DNA of 31,738 bases, taken from positions 7,321 to 39,058 of the forward strand of contig MGNI01000093.1 in the NCBI GenBank assembly GCA_001795115.1. The letters are read 5' to 3'. Below are positions 1 to 8,153 of this stretch, in pieces (the first letter of the stretch is position 1; each line of letters opens with the position of its first letter). This stretch comes from Chloroflexi bacterium RBG_16_48_8. Lineage in GTDB: Bacteria > Chloroflexota > Anaerolineae > Anaerolineales > E44-bin32. Made by a program: the position numbers and the translations under genes. The notes beneath the pieces are model-generated. The model was not told the origin of the DNA, searched no databases, and saw nothing but the letters and a program-made list of their open reading frames with translations.

Positions 1-228
1 GTCCAAGAGCTGCTCAAAGAACTTGCACCTCGAGATCGAGCAGCCGTTGTGCTCAAGTACTGGTATGAGTTGTCCTATGAGGAGATTGCGGAGATGCTTT
101 CATTGACTGTGAGTGCAGTGAAAAGTCGGTTGCACAGAGCACGTCGTGATATGGCCTTGCACTGGGTGGATCGTCAAAGTCAGCCGATGAGGTTGAAGAG
201 GAGACCAGATGAAGCACCGACTATATGA
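1..228 (+). CDS. ECF (sigma-70 family) RNA polymerase sigma factor, C-terminal region 4 (5'-truncated)
   Basis: Frame 1 is open from base 1: VQELLKELAPRDRAAVVLKYWYELSYEEIAEMLSLTVSAVKSRLHRARR...PTI*, stop TGA 226-228. This matches the region 4.2 HTH pattern (LSYEEIA...VKSRLHRAR) and overlaps the anti-sigma start. Not in the ORF track because it has no start. Confidence 0.9.
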   Translation, partial: VQELLKELAPRDRAAVVLKYWYELSYEEIAEMLSLTVSAVKSRLHRARRDMALHWVDRQSQPMRLKRRPDEAPTI

Positions 229-751
229 GGGTTGGATCATGGCTCGAGATGAGCTCACGCCCGATCAGAGGCGAGATTTGGAAGCGCATGTAAAGGAATG
301 TATGGCGTGTACGCAGCTAGCTGAAACGGGCATGGTGCTGGATAGAGTATTTGCTTCTTCTCAGATGTCTGAACCCATGCCGGGTTTTGCACAACGTTGG
401 AAGATCAGGGTGGGTGAAAGACGGATAAAAACCCATCGTCGTCAAGTATCCATGATTTTGGGTTTATTGTCCTTTGGAGCCACGGCTTTGTTTTTACCGC
501 TCATACTGCAAACCATCCTTATCATGATTTCTCCTGAAGATATTCTCTTCCATCTCGCAGGTGTTCTGGTTGAGTGGTTATCCTTCCTGGGTTTCATAGG
601 TGAACTTGTTGTGACTTTCTTCACCACTCTATATTCGACGATACCGGTCGTATTGTGGCTCATGATCATGGTAGTTCTTGTAGTGATGGGTGTTTTGTGG
701 GGCTATTCATTACAACGGCTTGGATACTTACCAAGTAGAGAAAGGAGTTAG
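209..751 (+). CDS. Zinc-binding (ZAS) transmembrane anti-sigma factor
   Basis: His3 plus HxxxCxxC (HVKECMAC), followed by long hydrophobic helices; overlaps the ECF sigma stop. Confidence 0.8.
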   Translation: MKHRLYEGWIMARDELTPDQRRDLEAHVKECMACTQLAETGMVLDRVFASSQMSEPMPGFAQRWKIRVGERRIKTHRRQVSMILGLLSFGATALFLPLILQTILIMISPEDILFHLAGVLVEWLSFLGFIGELVVTFFTTLYSTIPVVLWLMIMVVLVVMGVLWGYSLQRLGYLPSRERS

Positions 752-753
752 AA

Positions 754-1764
754 ATGAAACGGAAATTCGCTGTTCTGAGTTTTGTCCTCTTGGTTACCTT
801 TGCTTTTCCTTCAACAGCCATGGCCGGAGGATTGTATGATGGGAAGGTCATCTTTGGAACGAACTTCACTTTAGAAAGCGGTGAAACGTTAGATGGTGAG
901 CTGCTTGTCTTTGGTGGAAATGTAATTTTGGAGCCCGAATCTCGAATTACAGGTGATGTAGTTCTCTTCGGAGGGAATATCACCTCAGATGGAGAAATCG
1001 GGGGTGATTTAGCTGTCTTGGGTGGATACGTCCAATTAAATTCTCATGCCGTTGTACAAGGTGACGTCATCCTCCTGGGAGGTGAACTCCAGAAGGAAGA
1101 AGGTGCACGAGTCCTGGGTGAACAAGTTTCGGAGAGAAGCTTTAATGTTCCCTTCGACTTCCAGTGGGTAGGACCCGATTTTCGATGGGCTGGATTTAGC
1201 CCGGTCTCGGTCGCTGGACAGGGCTTATGGTTCCTCTTCAGATGCTTCATGCTGGCTGCGCTGGCGATGTTGGTGGTATTGTTCTTACCTGAACCGACTC
1301 GACGGATTGCATCTGCAGTTGTTGAGCAACCTCTGCTGGCGGGTGGCCTGGGCTTGCTTACAGCCATCTTGACTCCATTTGTGCTGTTTTTTCTTGTGAT
1401 CTTCATCATCACCATCCCGGTAGCACTCCTCTACGTGTTCGTTGTTGTACTGGCTGTGCTTCTAGGATGGATCAGCATTGGTTTGGAGGTTGGTCACCGA
1501 ATGGCTGAGATCTTTAAGTGGGATCTTCATCCTGCAGCATCAGCTGGTTTGGGCACTTTTCTCTTCAGTGTGGTGGTCTTGGGGATCGGCTTCATTCCGT
1601 GTGTGGGTTGGACCGCCCAGGTATTTGTGAGTTTCCTGGCTACAGGTGGTATCCTTCTCACTCGCTTTGGGAGTCAGTCTTACACCTTCAAACCTGCAGG
1701 CGCCTCGACTGGCGCTCTTGAAACCCTGGATGCCTCTGAAGCTGGGGAGAAAGAGGAAGAGTAA
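754..1764 (+). CDS. Membrane protein with signal peptide, bactofilin-like (polymer-forming cytoskeletal) beta-helix repeats and C-terminal TM bundle
   Basis: Signal peptide ending STAMA; four repeats GELLVFGGNV / GDVVLFGGNI / GDLAVLGGYV / GDVILLGGEL; about 5 hydrophobic segments including IPCVGW. Confidence 0.7.
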   Translation: MKRKFAVLSFVLLVTFAFPSTAMAGGLYDGKVIFGTNFTLESGETLDGELLVFGGNVILEPESRITGDVVLFGGNITSDGEIGGDLAVLGGYVQLNSHAVVQGDVILLGGELQKEEGARVLGEQVSERSFNVPFDFQWVGPDFRWAGFSPVSVAGQGLWFLFRCFMLAALAMLVVLFLPEPTRRIASAVVEQPLLAGGLGLLTAILTPFVLFFLVIFIITIPVALLYVFVVVLAVLLGWISIGLEVGHRMAEIFKWDLHPAASAGLGTFLFSVVVLGIGFIPCVGWTAQVFVSFLATGGILLTRFGSQSYTFKPAGASTGALETLDASEAGEKEEE

Positions 1765-1797
1765 TTCTGCGCTATGGCAAAACCTCCGGAGGAAAGT

Positions 1798-2565
1798 ATG
1801 AAGAATGATTTCGGAAAACCTCTCTATAAAATCCTATCTCTTCTGTTAGGTATGATCTTAATGTCAGCCTGCGCCATGAAGATCGGAGACTTCGAGGTTC
1901 AAATCGGGGATCCAGAGATGCTGGAAGTTGGTGAGTTGCAGCGCGAGGTGGAAACCGTTCCTGCTGAGGGCGTGGAAAGAGTTGACGTGGAAGTGCGAAT
2001 GAATGCAGGAACCTTAGCCCTGACAGGTGGCTCAGAGGCTTTGATGGAGGCTGAATTTACTTACAATGTCGATGAATGGCAGCCGGCAGTCTCCTTCGAG
2101 CAGGAGGCTGGAATTGGCACACTCACCGTCAGACAACCTTTGAAGGGGACAATCCAGGCTGCAGATGCACGCAACGAATGGTCACTTCGGTTCAATGAAA
2201 ACATTCCCATGAGGATGTCGGTCAGCCTGGGAGCAGGTGAGGTGGATATCGATCTAAGGGGTCTTAATTTGGAAGATCTGGACATTGAGTTAGGCGCTGG
2301 CCAAGTCACAATCGATCTTTCAGGGGATTGGGATCAGGATTTCAGCGTCAACCTTAAGCGAGGGGTGGGTGAAGCCTCTGTGCTCTTGCCGGCTGACGTG
2401 GGGGTCCGGGTGAATGTTGCCAGTGGTTTGGGATCAGTGGTGTCCCTCGGGCTCAGTCGTCAGGGAGAATACTATGTGAACGAGGCTTATGGTGATTCGG
2501 AAGTAACCATTGAGATTGAAATTCTGGGCGCGATCGGTTCGATCGAGTTGGAGGTTATCGAATAA
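1798..2565 (+). CDS. Lipoprotein with toast-rack / DUF2154 (LiaF-related) adhesin-like beta repeats
   Basis: ATG 1798 follows GGAGGA (preferred over 1774); lipobox-like LMSAC; repeats MNAGTLAL, LGAGEVDIDL, LGAGQVTIDL, RGVGEASVLLP, GAIGSIEL. Confidence 0.65.
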   Translation: MKNDFGKPLYKILSLLLGMILMSACAMKIGDFEVQIGDPEMLEVGELQREVETVPAEGVERVDVEVRMNAGTLALTGGSEALMEAEFTYNVDEWQPAVSFEQEAGIGTLTVRQPLKGTIQAADARNEWSLRFNENIPMRMSVSLGAGEVDIDLRGLNLEDLDIELGAGQVTIDLSGDWDQDFSVNLKRGVGEASVLLPADVGVRVNVASGLGSVVSLGLSRQGEYYVNEAYGDSEVTIEIEILGAIGSIELEVIE

Positions 2566-2609
2566 GCCAAATCAGCTTGGATACTCTATTGAGAGCGGAT
2601 ATTCCATCG

Positions 2610-2650
2610 AACGACCGGGAGCCAGTTTTTGAAAAGGTTTCCCGGTCGTT
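2610..2650 (+). terminator. Stem-loop, probable terminator of the ECF operon
   Basis: Perfect 11-bp inverted repeat AACGACCGGGA (2610-2620) / TCCCGGTCGTT (2640-2650), 45 nt after the stop. The downstream U-tract is weak. Confidence 0.55.
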
Positions 2651-2702
2651 GCATTTATCTGATGATTGTTCAGAATATTTCCCCTATTGCTTTCTTGAAT
2701 TT

Positions 2703-2711
2703 TGCTATATT
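2703..2711 (+). promoter_or_regulatory. Extended -10 promoter (TG-n-TATATT)
   Basis: TGCTATATT at 2703-2711 in AT-rich context; predicted start at about 2717-2718. Confidence 0.5.
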
Positions 2712-2716
2712 CTTTT

Positions 2717-3017
2717 AGGCCACAGGGATTATGGGTAGAGGTCTACTCAATGATTTACTGAGAGGGTAAGTACCTTTGCCATGAAAGGGAACAATAGCCT
2801 TGGAGGTGAGAAGTAGGCCAGAGTTGATGCGCTTGAGATCATTGGTTCTTGATACCTCGTACTGATGGGGAAGAGGATTTGGGTTTAAATACTCGAAACC
2901 ATTTTAAGAGTCCACTGCAAAAAGCTCTTCAAGATAGAAGAGATAGGCGTATGTGGGGGTGCGGGTGGAGCCCGCACCCCCACATACGCCGGTTCCTCTC
3001 GGCTAAGTGGCCTTTTT
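2717..3017 (+). ncRNA. Candidate structured non-coding RNA or long leader (family not recognised)
   Basis: 5' AGGCCAC (2717-2723) pairs with GTGGCCT (3007-3013), followed by a T run; several internal hairpins; perfect 20-bp stem at 2946-2990; no convincing ORF. Confidence 0.4.
2946..2990. repeat. Perfect 20-bp inverted repeat with 5-nt loop
   Basis: GGCGTATGTGGGGGTGCGGG-TGGAG-CCCGCACCCCCACATACGCC. Confidence 0.95.
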
Positions 3018-3179
3018 GAAGGTGAGTCATTACAGGAACCTTAAAACTTTTCCAGAGGAGTGAGGTTTCCTACCATTTAGAGTTAGAATCCTTAGAATAG
3101 GGGTAGTAGATTTTAAGGTTAAGAGTTATTCGAGAGACCTCCTGGGTCAGCGGTGATTATCCCCAAGAGTAGGTTACCA

Positions 3180-6100
3180 ATGTCTTTTGTTCACCTGCAT
3201 GTTCACTCTGAATATTCCCTGCTTGACGGGTTGAGCCGGATACCGAAGCTTGTTGAACGTACCAAAGATTTGGGTATGCCAGCCTTGGCACTCACTGATC
3301 ATGGGGTGCTTTTTGGTGCGATCAAGTTCTATAACGAAGCCAAAAATGCTGGCATTAAACCCATTATTGGGATGGAGGCTTACCTTTCGGCACGTGGCAT
3401 GCAGGACCGGGACCCGCAACTCGACTCCCGAGCTTATCATTTGCTGCTGTTAGCTGAAAATGATACTGGCTATAAGAATTTACTCAAAATAGCTACTGCC
3501 TCTCAATTAGACGGGTTCTACTACCGTCCGCGGATCGACCATGAATTCCTTCAAGCTCATCATCAGGGTTTGATAACAACCACCGGTTGTATCTCTGGCG
3601 AGGTGCCCCGTGCGATTCTTGCAGGACAAGAAAATAAAGCTCTGAAACTCCTGGACTGGTATTATGAGGTCTTTGGCTCAGATCGGTTCTTTATCGAACT
3701 GCAAGAACATGACATCCCTGAACTGAAAGAAGTAAACAGCAAGTTATTCGAACTCGCTGCTCGATATCATGGTCGTTTTGTTGCCACCAATGACGTACAT
3801 TATGTGGATCCTGAGGAGGCTGTCTTACAAGATATCTTGCTATGCGTGCAAACGGGATCAGTGCGCGCTGATCCTAATCGAATGCGAATGACGGATAATT
3901 CCTTCTATTTACGTTCACCTCAGGAAATGCAAGCGATCTTTGGAGAGGTGCCTGGAGCCATTGAGAATACCAACCTCATCGCGGAGCGGTGCGAGGTCGA
4001 TCTGGAATTCAAAGGCTATCATCTCCCGCATTTTGAAGTGCCTCAGGGTGAGACCCCGGAGAGTTACTTGAGGCTCTTATGTGAGAAGGGTCTTTCAAAC
4101 CGGTATGATTCCAGATCAAGTGATCCTGTCGTTCGGCAGCGATTGGATTATGAACTCACGGTCATCCACCAAATGGGTTTCGATACCTATTTCCTGATTG
4201 TTTGGGATTTATGCCGTTACGCCAAGGAACAGGGGATTTGGTATAACGCCCGCGGTTCCGCGGCAGGATCGATTGTCGCCTATAGTCTTGGGATCACCCT
4301 TGTGGATCCCATCGAACATGGCCTGATATTTGAACGCTTTTTGAACCCTGGTCGTGTATCCATGCCGGATATCGACCTCGATTTTCAAGACGATCTCCGT
4401 CAAGAGATGCTTGAGTACACTGCCAATAAGTACGGTCGTGATAAGGTCGCTCAAATTATCACTTTCGGTACATTGGGTGCCAGAGCGGCGATCCGCGATG
4501 TTGGGCGAGTGCTTGATATCCCCCTGCCTGAAGTAGATCGCGTTGCGAAAGTCATCCCTAATATCCCTGGTAAACCTGTCTCTATCCCCGAAGCGCTTGA
4601 GACAGTGACCTTGTTCCGTGAGATCTATGAGACTACACCTTATTTGCGAGAGATGATTGACACGGCTGCTAAATTGGAAGGCGTGGCTCGTAACGCGGGC
4701 ACTCATGCCGCGGGAGTGATCATAACCCCTGATCCGATTGTGGAATATGTCCCTCTCCATCGCCCAACAAAAGGCAGCTTGGAAGACAGCCCCGTCGGTG
4801 CCATCACCCAATTTGAGATGCAGATCCTGGACGATTTGGGATTGTTGAAAGTGGACTTCCTGGGGCTTTCAACCCTTTCCGTGATGGCGCGTGCCTGCGA
4901 AATGATACGCCAGCGGCATGGTGTCGAATTAAATATTGACAACATTCCCCTGGATGATCCAGAAACCTTTGACCTTCTTGGACGAGGGGATGTCTTGGGT
5001 GTCTTCCAGGTGGAAGGTGCAGGGATGCGTCGTAACTTAATGGAGATGAAGCCGACATCCCTGCCTCATGTCATTGCCATGGTAGCCCTTTATCGACCAG
5101 GGCCAATGGATTTCATCCCCCAATATATCAAACGCATGCATGCTGAAGAAGGGGTTACCTACAGACACCCCCTACAGGAGCCCATTCTGAAGGAGACGTA
5201 CGGCATAACGGTTTACCAAGAACAGATTATGTACACGGCGATGAATCTAGCTGGCTATACTGCTTCTGAAGCCGATGACCTACGTAAATCGGTAGCCAAG
5301 AAGAAAGCTGACGCCTTGCAAGATCATCGTGTTACTTTTGTTGAGGGTGCTATCAAGAACAGTATATCCGAGCAAATTGCCAATTTGATCTTTGATGATT
5401 GGGAAGCTTTTGCTCGGTATGGTTTCCCTAAAGGCCATGCTGCTGACTATGCCGTGATCTGTGTGCAGACTGCTTATCTGAAAACACATTACCCCATTGA
5501 ATATATGACAGCTCTTTTGTCCGTATTTAAGCATGATACAGATAAGGTTGCTCTTTATATCGCAGATTGTCGCCGGATGGGAATTGATGTGCTTCCACCA
5601 GATATTAATACATGTGGAATGGACTTCACTATCGAGGAACGTCAAAATGAGCCTCCAGCTATCTGTTTTGGTTTAGCAGCCATCAAGAATGTGGGGGAGA
5701 GCGCTGTTGAAATTTTGCTGGGTGGGCGCGAGAAGCACGGCCCATATGAAAATCTGCAGCAATTCTTGCGGTTGGTTGATTTACGACAGGTAGGAAAGAG
5801 AGCATTGGAGTGTTTGATCCGGGTTGGCGCATTCGACCGATATGCACAAAGAAGCGCTTTGTTGGATTCCATTGATAGGATCGTGAATATCTCAACGGCC
5901 TATTTCCGGGCAAAGGAAGTAGGACAGCTTTCTCTCTTTGGATCGAATACAGGTGTGTTGGATAAGCTGGATCTACCGCCTGCAGCTGTGGAGGTCTCGC
6001 GGCGTCAACAATTGGATTGGGAGCGCGAACTCTTGGGTGTGTATGTCTCTGATCACCCGCTTAATCCATACATAGAAGATCTGACACGAGTGGTTACACA

Positions 6101-7121
6101 TTTCAGCGCCGAACTGAGTGAAACGAATCAGGCGCAGGAAGTTACTGTAGCAGGGGAAATATGCCAGGTACGACCTTATCAAACCCGGAATGGGAAGGCG
6201 ATGGGTTTCGTCACGCTGGAGGATCTGCAAGGCACCATAGAGCTCGTAATTTTCAGTCGGGTTTGGAACCAAGTTGTCGATTGGCTTGAAACAGGGATCA
6301 TCGTTAAGGTAAAAGGAAAGGTTGACCGAGAACGAGGCGACCCTAAAATTCTGGTCGATGAAATCACTCAGGAACTTTCCACTCCCGGTTCAGCTGCGGA
6401 AGCAAGACCTCAAATTCGGGATGAGGAATGGGGAATGCCCCTGATGGATGGATTGGACAATGGAATGGGGGAGATGGATGAAATCCCTGTTCAATCCTCC
6501 CAGGATCCATCTTATGTAGAAAGAATCCCTGCGGATGATTTCAGTGGAACTTTCAGTACCCCCGGTAAAGATCATTGGGATGATCCTTCTGAAGAAACGG
6601 TCAGTGAAGGGTCATTGGTGGGTGAGATGCTGACTGATGAAAGAACCTTTACAACATCAGGGTCCAGAAATGACTTACCCATTGAAACTCAACAGGGATC
6701 TAAGTCTTCCGAAGATAATCCCTTTTTTATAGGAACACCTGAGTCGCTTCCTCAGGTTGGAACCGGTGAAGCTGCTGCACATACGCTCATTCCAGCGAAG
6801 GAACCCATTCCAGCGGAAAAGACTCAACAAATTGTTTCAAACCTCAGATTATCTCCACAGGGTGATCTCAATCTGATAAAAGTATTTTTACGCTCCACCG
6901 GCAACAAGAAAAGAGATACATTACGAATGCGAAGAGTTTATGGTCTGCTTACAACCTACCACGGGGTAGATCGCTTCGCAGTGTTTGTATTCGAAGGATC
7001 CCGACGGTATCATCTGGAATTTCCCAATGACACAACAGGCTATTGTCTCGAATTACACACCCAATTGCGTGACCTTGTGGGTGATGCAAATGTTCAAATA
7101 GAATCCTTACGATTGCAGTAG
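3180..7121 (+). CDS. dnaE: DNA polymerase III alpha subunit
   Basis: PHP motifs HLHVHSEYSLLDG, TDHG, TNDVHY; RGSAAGS; catalytic SMPDIDLDF; KVDFLGL; clamp motif QLSLF; OB fold. Start set at ATG 3180 (MSFVHLH). Confidence 0.97.
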   Translation: MSFVHLHVHSEYSLLDGLSRIPKLVERTKDLGMPALALTDHGVLFGAIKFYNEAKNAGIKPIIGMEAYLSARGMQDRDPQLDSRAYHLLLLAENDTGYKNLLKIATASQLDGFYYRPRIDHEFLQAHHQGLITTTGCISGEVPRAILAGQENKALKLLDWYYEVFGSDRFFIELQEHDIPELKEVNSKLFELAARYHGRFVATNDVHYVDPEEAVLQDILLCVQTGSVRADPNRMRMTDNSFYLRSPQEMQAIFGEVPGAIENTNLIAERCEVDLEFKGYHLPHFEVPQGETPESYLRLLCEKGLSNRYDSRSSDPVVRQRLDYELTVIHQMGFDTYFLIVWDLCRYAKEQGIWYNARGSAAGSIVAYSLGITLVDPIEHGLIFERFLNPGRVSMPDIDLDFQDDLRQEMLEYTANKYGRDKVAQIITFGTLGARAAIRDVGRVLDIPLPEVDRVAKVIPNIPGKPVSIPEALETVTLFREIYETTPYLREMIDTAAKLEGVARNAGTHAAGVIITPDPIVEYVPLHRPTKGSLEDSPVGAITQFEMQILDDLGLLKVDFLGLSTLSVMARACEMIRQRHGVELNIDNIPLDDPETFDLLGRGDVLGVFQVEGAGMRRNLMEMKPTSLPHVIAMVALYRPGPMDFIPQYIKRMHAEEGVTYRHPLQEPILKETYGITVYQEQIMYTAMNLAGYTASEADDLRKSVAKKKADALQDHRVTFVEGAIKNSISEQIANLIFDDWEAFARYGFPKGHAADYAVICVQTAYLKTHYPIEYMTALLSVFKHDTDKVALYIADCRRMGIDVLPPDINTCGMDFTIEERQNEPPAICFGLAAIKNVGESAVEILLGGREKHGPYENLQQFLRLVDLRQVGKRALECLIRVGAFDRYAQRSALLDSIDRIVNISTAYFRAKEVGQLSLFGSNTGVLDKLDLPPAAVEVSRRQQLDWERELLGVYVSDHPLNPYIEDLTRVVTHFSAELSETNQAQEVTVAGEICQVRPYQTRNGKAMGFVTLEDLQGTIELVIFSRVWNQVVDWLETGIIVKVKGKVDRERGDPKILVDEITQELSTPGSAAEARPQIRDEEWGMPLMDGLDNGMGEMDEIPVQSSQDPSYVERIPADDFSGTFSTPGKDHWDDPSEETVSEGSLVGEMLTDERTFTTSGSRNDLPIETQQGSKSSEDNPFFIGTPESLPQVGTGEAAAHTLIPAKEPIPAEKTQQIVSNLRLSPQGDLNLIKVFLRSTGNKKRDTLRMRRVYGLLTTYHGVDRFAVFVFEGSRRYHLEFPNDTTGYCLELHTQLRDLVGDANVQIESLRLQ

Positions 7122-7135
7122 GAGTAGAAAATCCC

Positions 7136-8104
7136 ATGATGCGCCGTATAGCTATTTTATCTTCAGGAGGAGATGCTCCTGGAATTAACCCATGTATTCG
7201 AGCTGCTGTTCGTACCGCTCTCGATATGGGTGTTGAGGTTATTGGTATACAGGAGGGTTTTGATGGTTTGGTACGCGGTGAAATGATCCCTTTGAAGGCC
7301 AGGGATGTCGGGGGAATTTTGCAACGTGGTGGGACATTTCTGCGAACCGCCCGTTGTCCGGAATTTCTTGAGGTAAAAACCCAACGAAAAGCCTTGAGGG
7401 AGTTAAATGAGTCAGATATTGATGGGCTGATTGTAATTGGGGGAGATGGATCCTTACGTGGTGCGCATGCTCTTGCCATTCTTGGTTTTCCAGTCGTAGG
7501 TGCGCCAGCCTCCATCGACAACGATATTTGGGGAACGGACATGAGCATAGGTGTTGATACCGCCATCAATACCATCATGCATGCCATCGACAAGCTGCGC
7601 GATACCGCCTCCTCCCATGAACGTGCATTCTTGATCGAGACCATGGGAAGAAATTGTGGATATTTGGCTTTGAATGCCGGTGTAGTATGTGGTGCAGAAA
7701 TGATCCTCATCCCAGAAAAAGAAGTCTCTATGGAGGAAATCGTTCAAATGGTTGCAGGAGCGTATGATCGAGGCAAATCTCACTGCATCATTGTAGTTGC
7801 GGAGGGGTCATCATTGAAGGTTCACGACGTGGCGGAGTATCTTCGGATCAACGAAGTAGGCTTTGAAACCAGGGTGACCATATTGGGCCACATCCCCCGC
7901 GGAGGCAGCCCATCGGCTTTTGATCGGATGCTAGCCACGCGCATGGGCGTTAAGGCGGTGGAGGTGCTTAAAGCTGGAGAGACGGATTTAATGATAGGGC
8001 TCTCAGGTCGGGATATAATTACGGTGCCTTTGATAGATGTGGTCAAGCAATCCCGTAAACCCAATTTAGAATTATTGGATATGGCCAGAACTTTAGCAAA
8101 ATGA
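7136..8104 (+). CDS. pfkA: ATP-dependent 6-phosphofructokinase
   Basis: SSGGDAPGIN, GGTFLRTAR, GGDGS (Gly at the E. coli 104 position), PASIDND, ETMGR, TILGHIPRGG. Confidence 0.95.
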   Translation: MMRRIAILSSGGDAPGINPCIRAAVRTALDMGVEVIGIQEGFDGLVRGEMIPLKARDVGGILQRGGTFLRTARCPEFLEVKTQRKALRELNESDIDGLIVIGGDGSLRGAHALAILGFPVVGAPASIDNDIWGTDMSIGVDTAINTIMHAIDKLRDTASSHERAFLIETMGRNCGYLALNAGVVCGAEMILIPEKEVSMEEIVQMVAGAYDRGKSHCIIVVAEGSSLKVHDVAEYLRINEVGFETRVTILGHIPRGGSPSAFDRMLATRMGVKAVEVLKAGETDLMIGLSGRDIITVPLIDVVKQSRKPNLELLDMARTLAK

Positions 8105-8153
8105 AATGAAGGTTAAATAATCTGATATCTGAAATGTGAGTGAAGGGAAAGAG

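Noticed and set aside
2755-2792. TPP-riboswitch-like fragment CTGAGAGGG...ACCTTTG...AGGGA
   Set aside because: The pyrophosphate-sensing arm (ACCTGA...GATAATGCC.GCG) is missing and no thiamine gene follows.
2717-3017. RNase P, SRP, tmRNA or tRNA identity for the structured region (minus strand starts GGCCACT-TA-GCCG-AGAGGAAC-CGGC, like a tRNA 5' half)
   Set aside because: No GAGGAAAGTCC, no SRP GGAAGGAAGCAG core, no Ala-type acceptor, no TTCRA T-loop or CCA end.
2800-3019. Strong SD GGAGGTGA at 2802 and short ORFs (type I toxin idea)
   Set aside because: No start codon at usable spacing; the open frames are not hydrophobic and lack an RBS.
6380-6865. Possible intein in DnaE
   Set aside because: No Cys/Ser start, His-Asn end or LAGLIDADG motif; it lies in a linker, not a conserved catalytic motif.
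4209-7710. Long antisense ORFs 4209-4811 and 6949-7710
   Set aside because: Shadows of dnaE and pfkA; no recognisable motifs or RBS.
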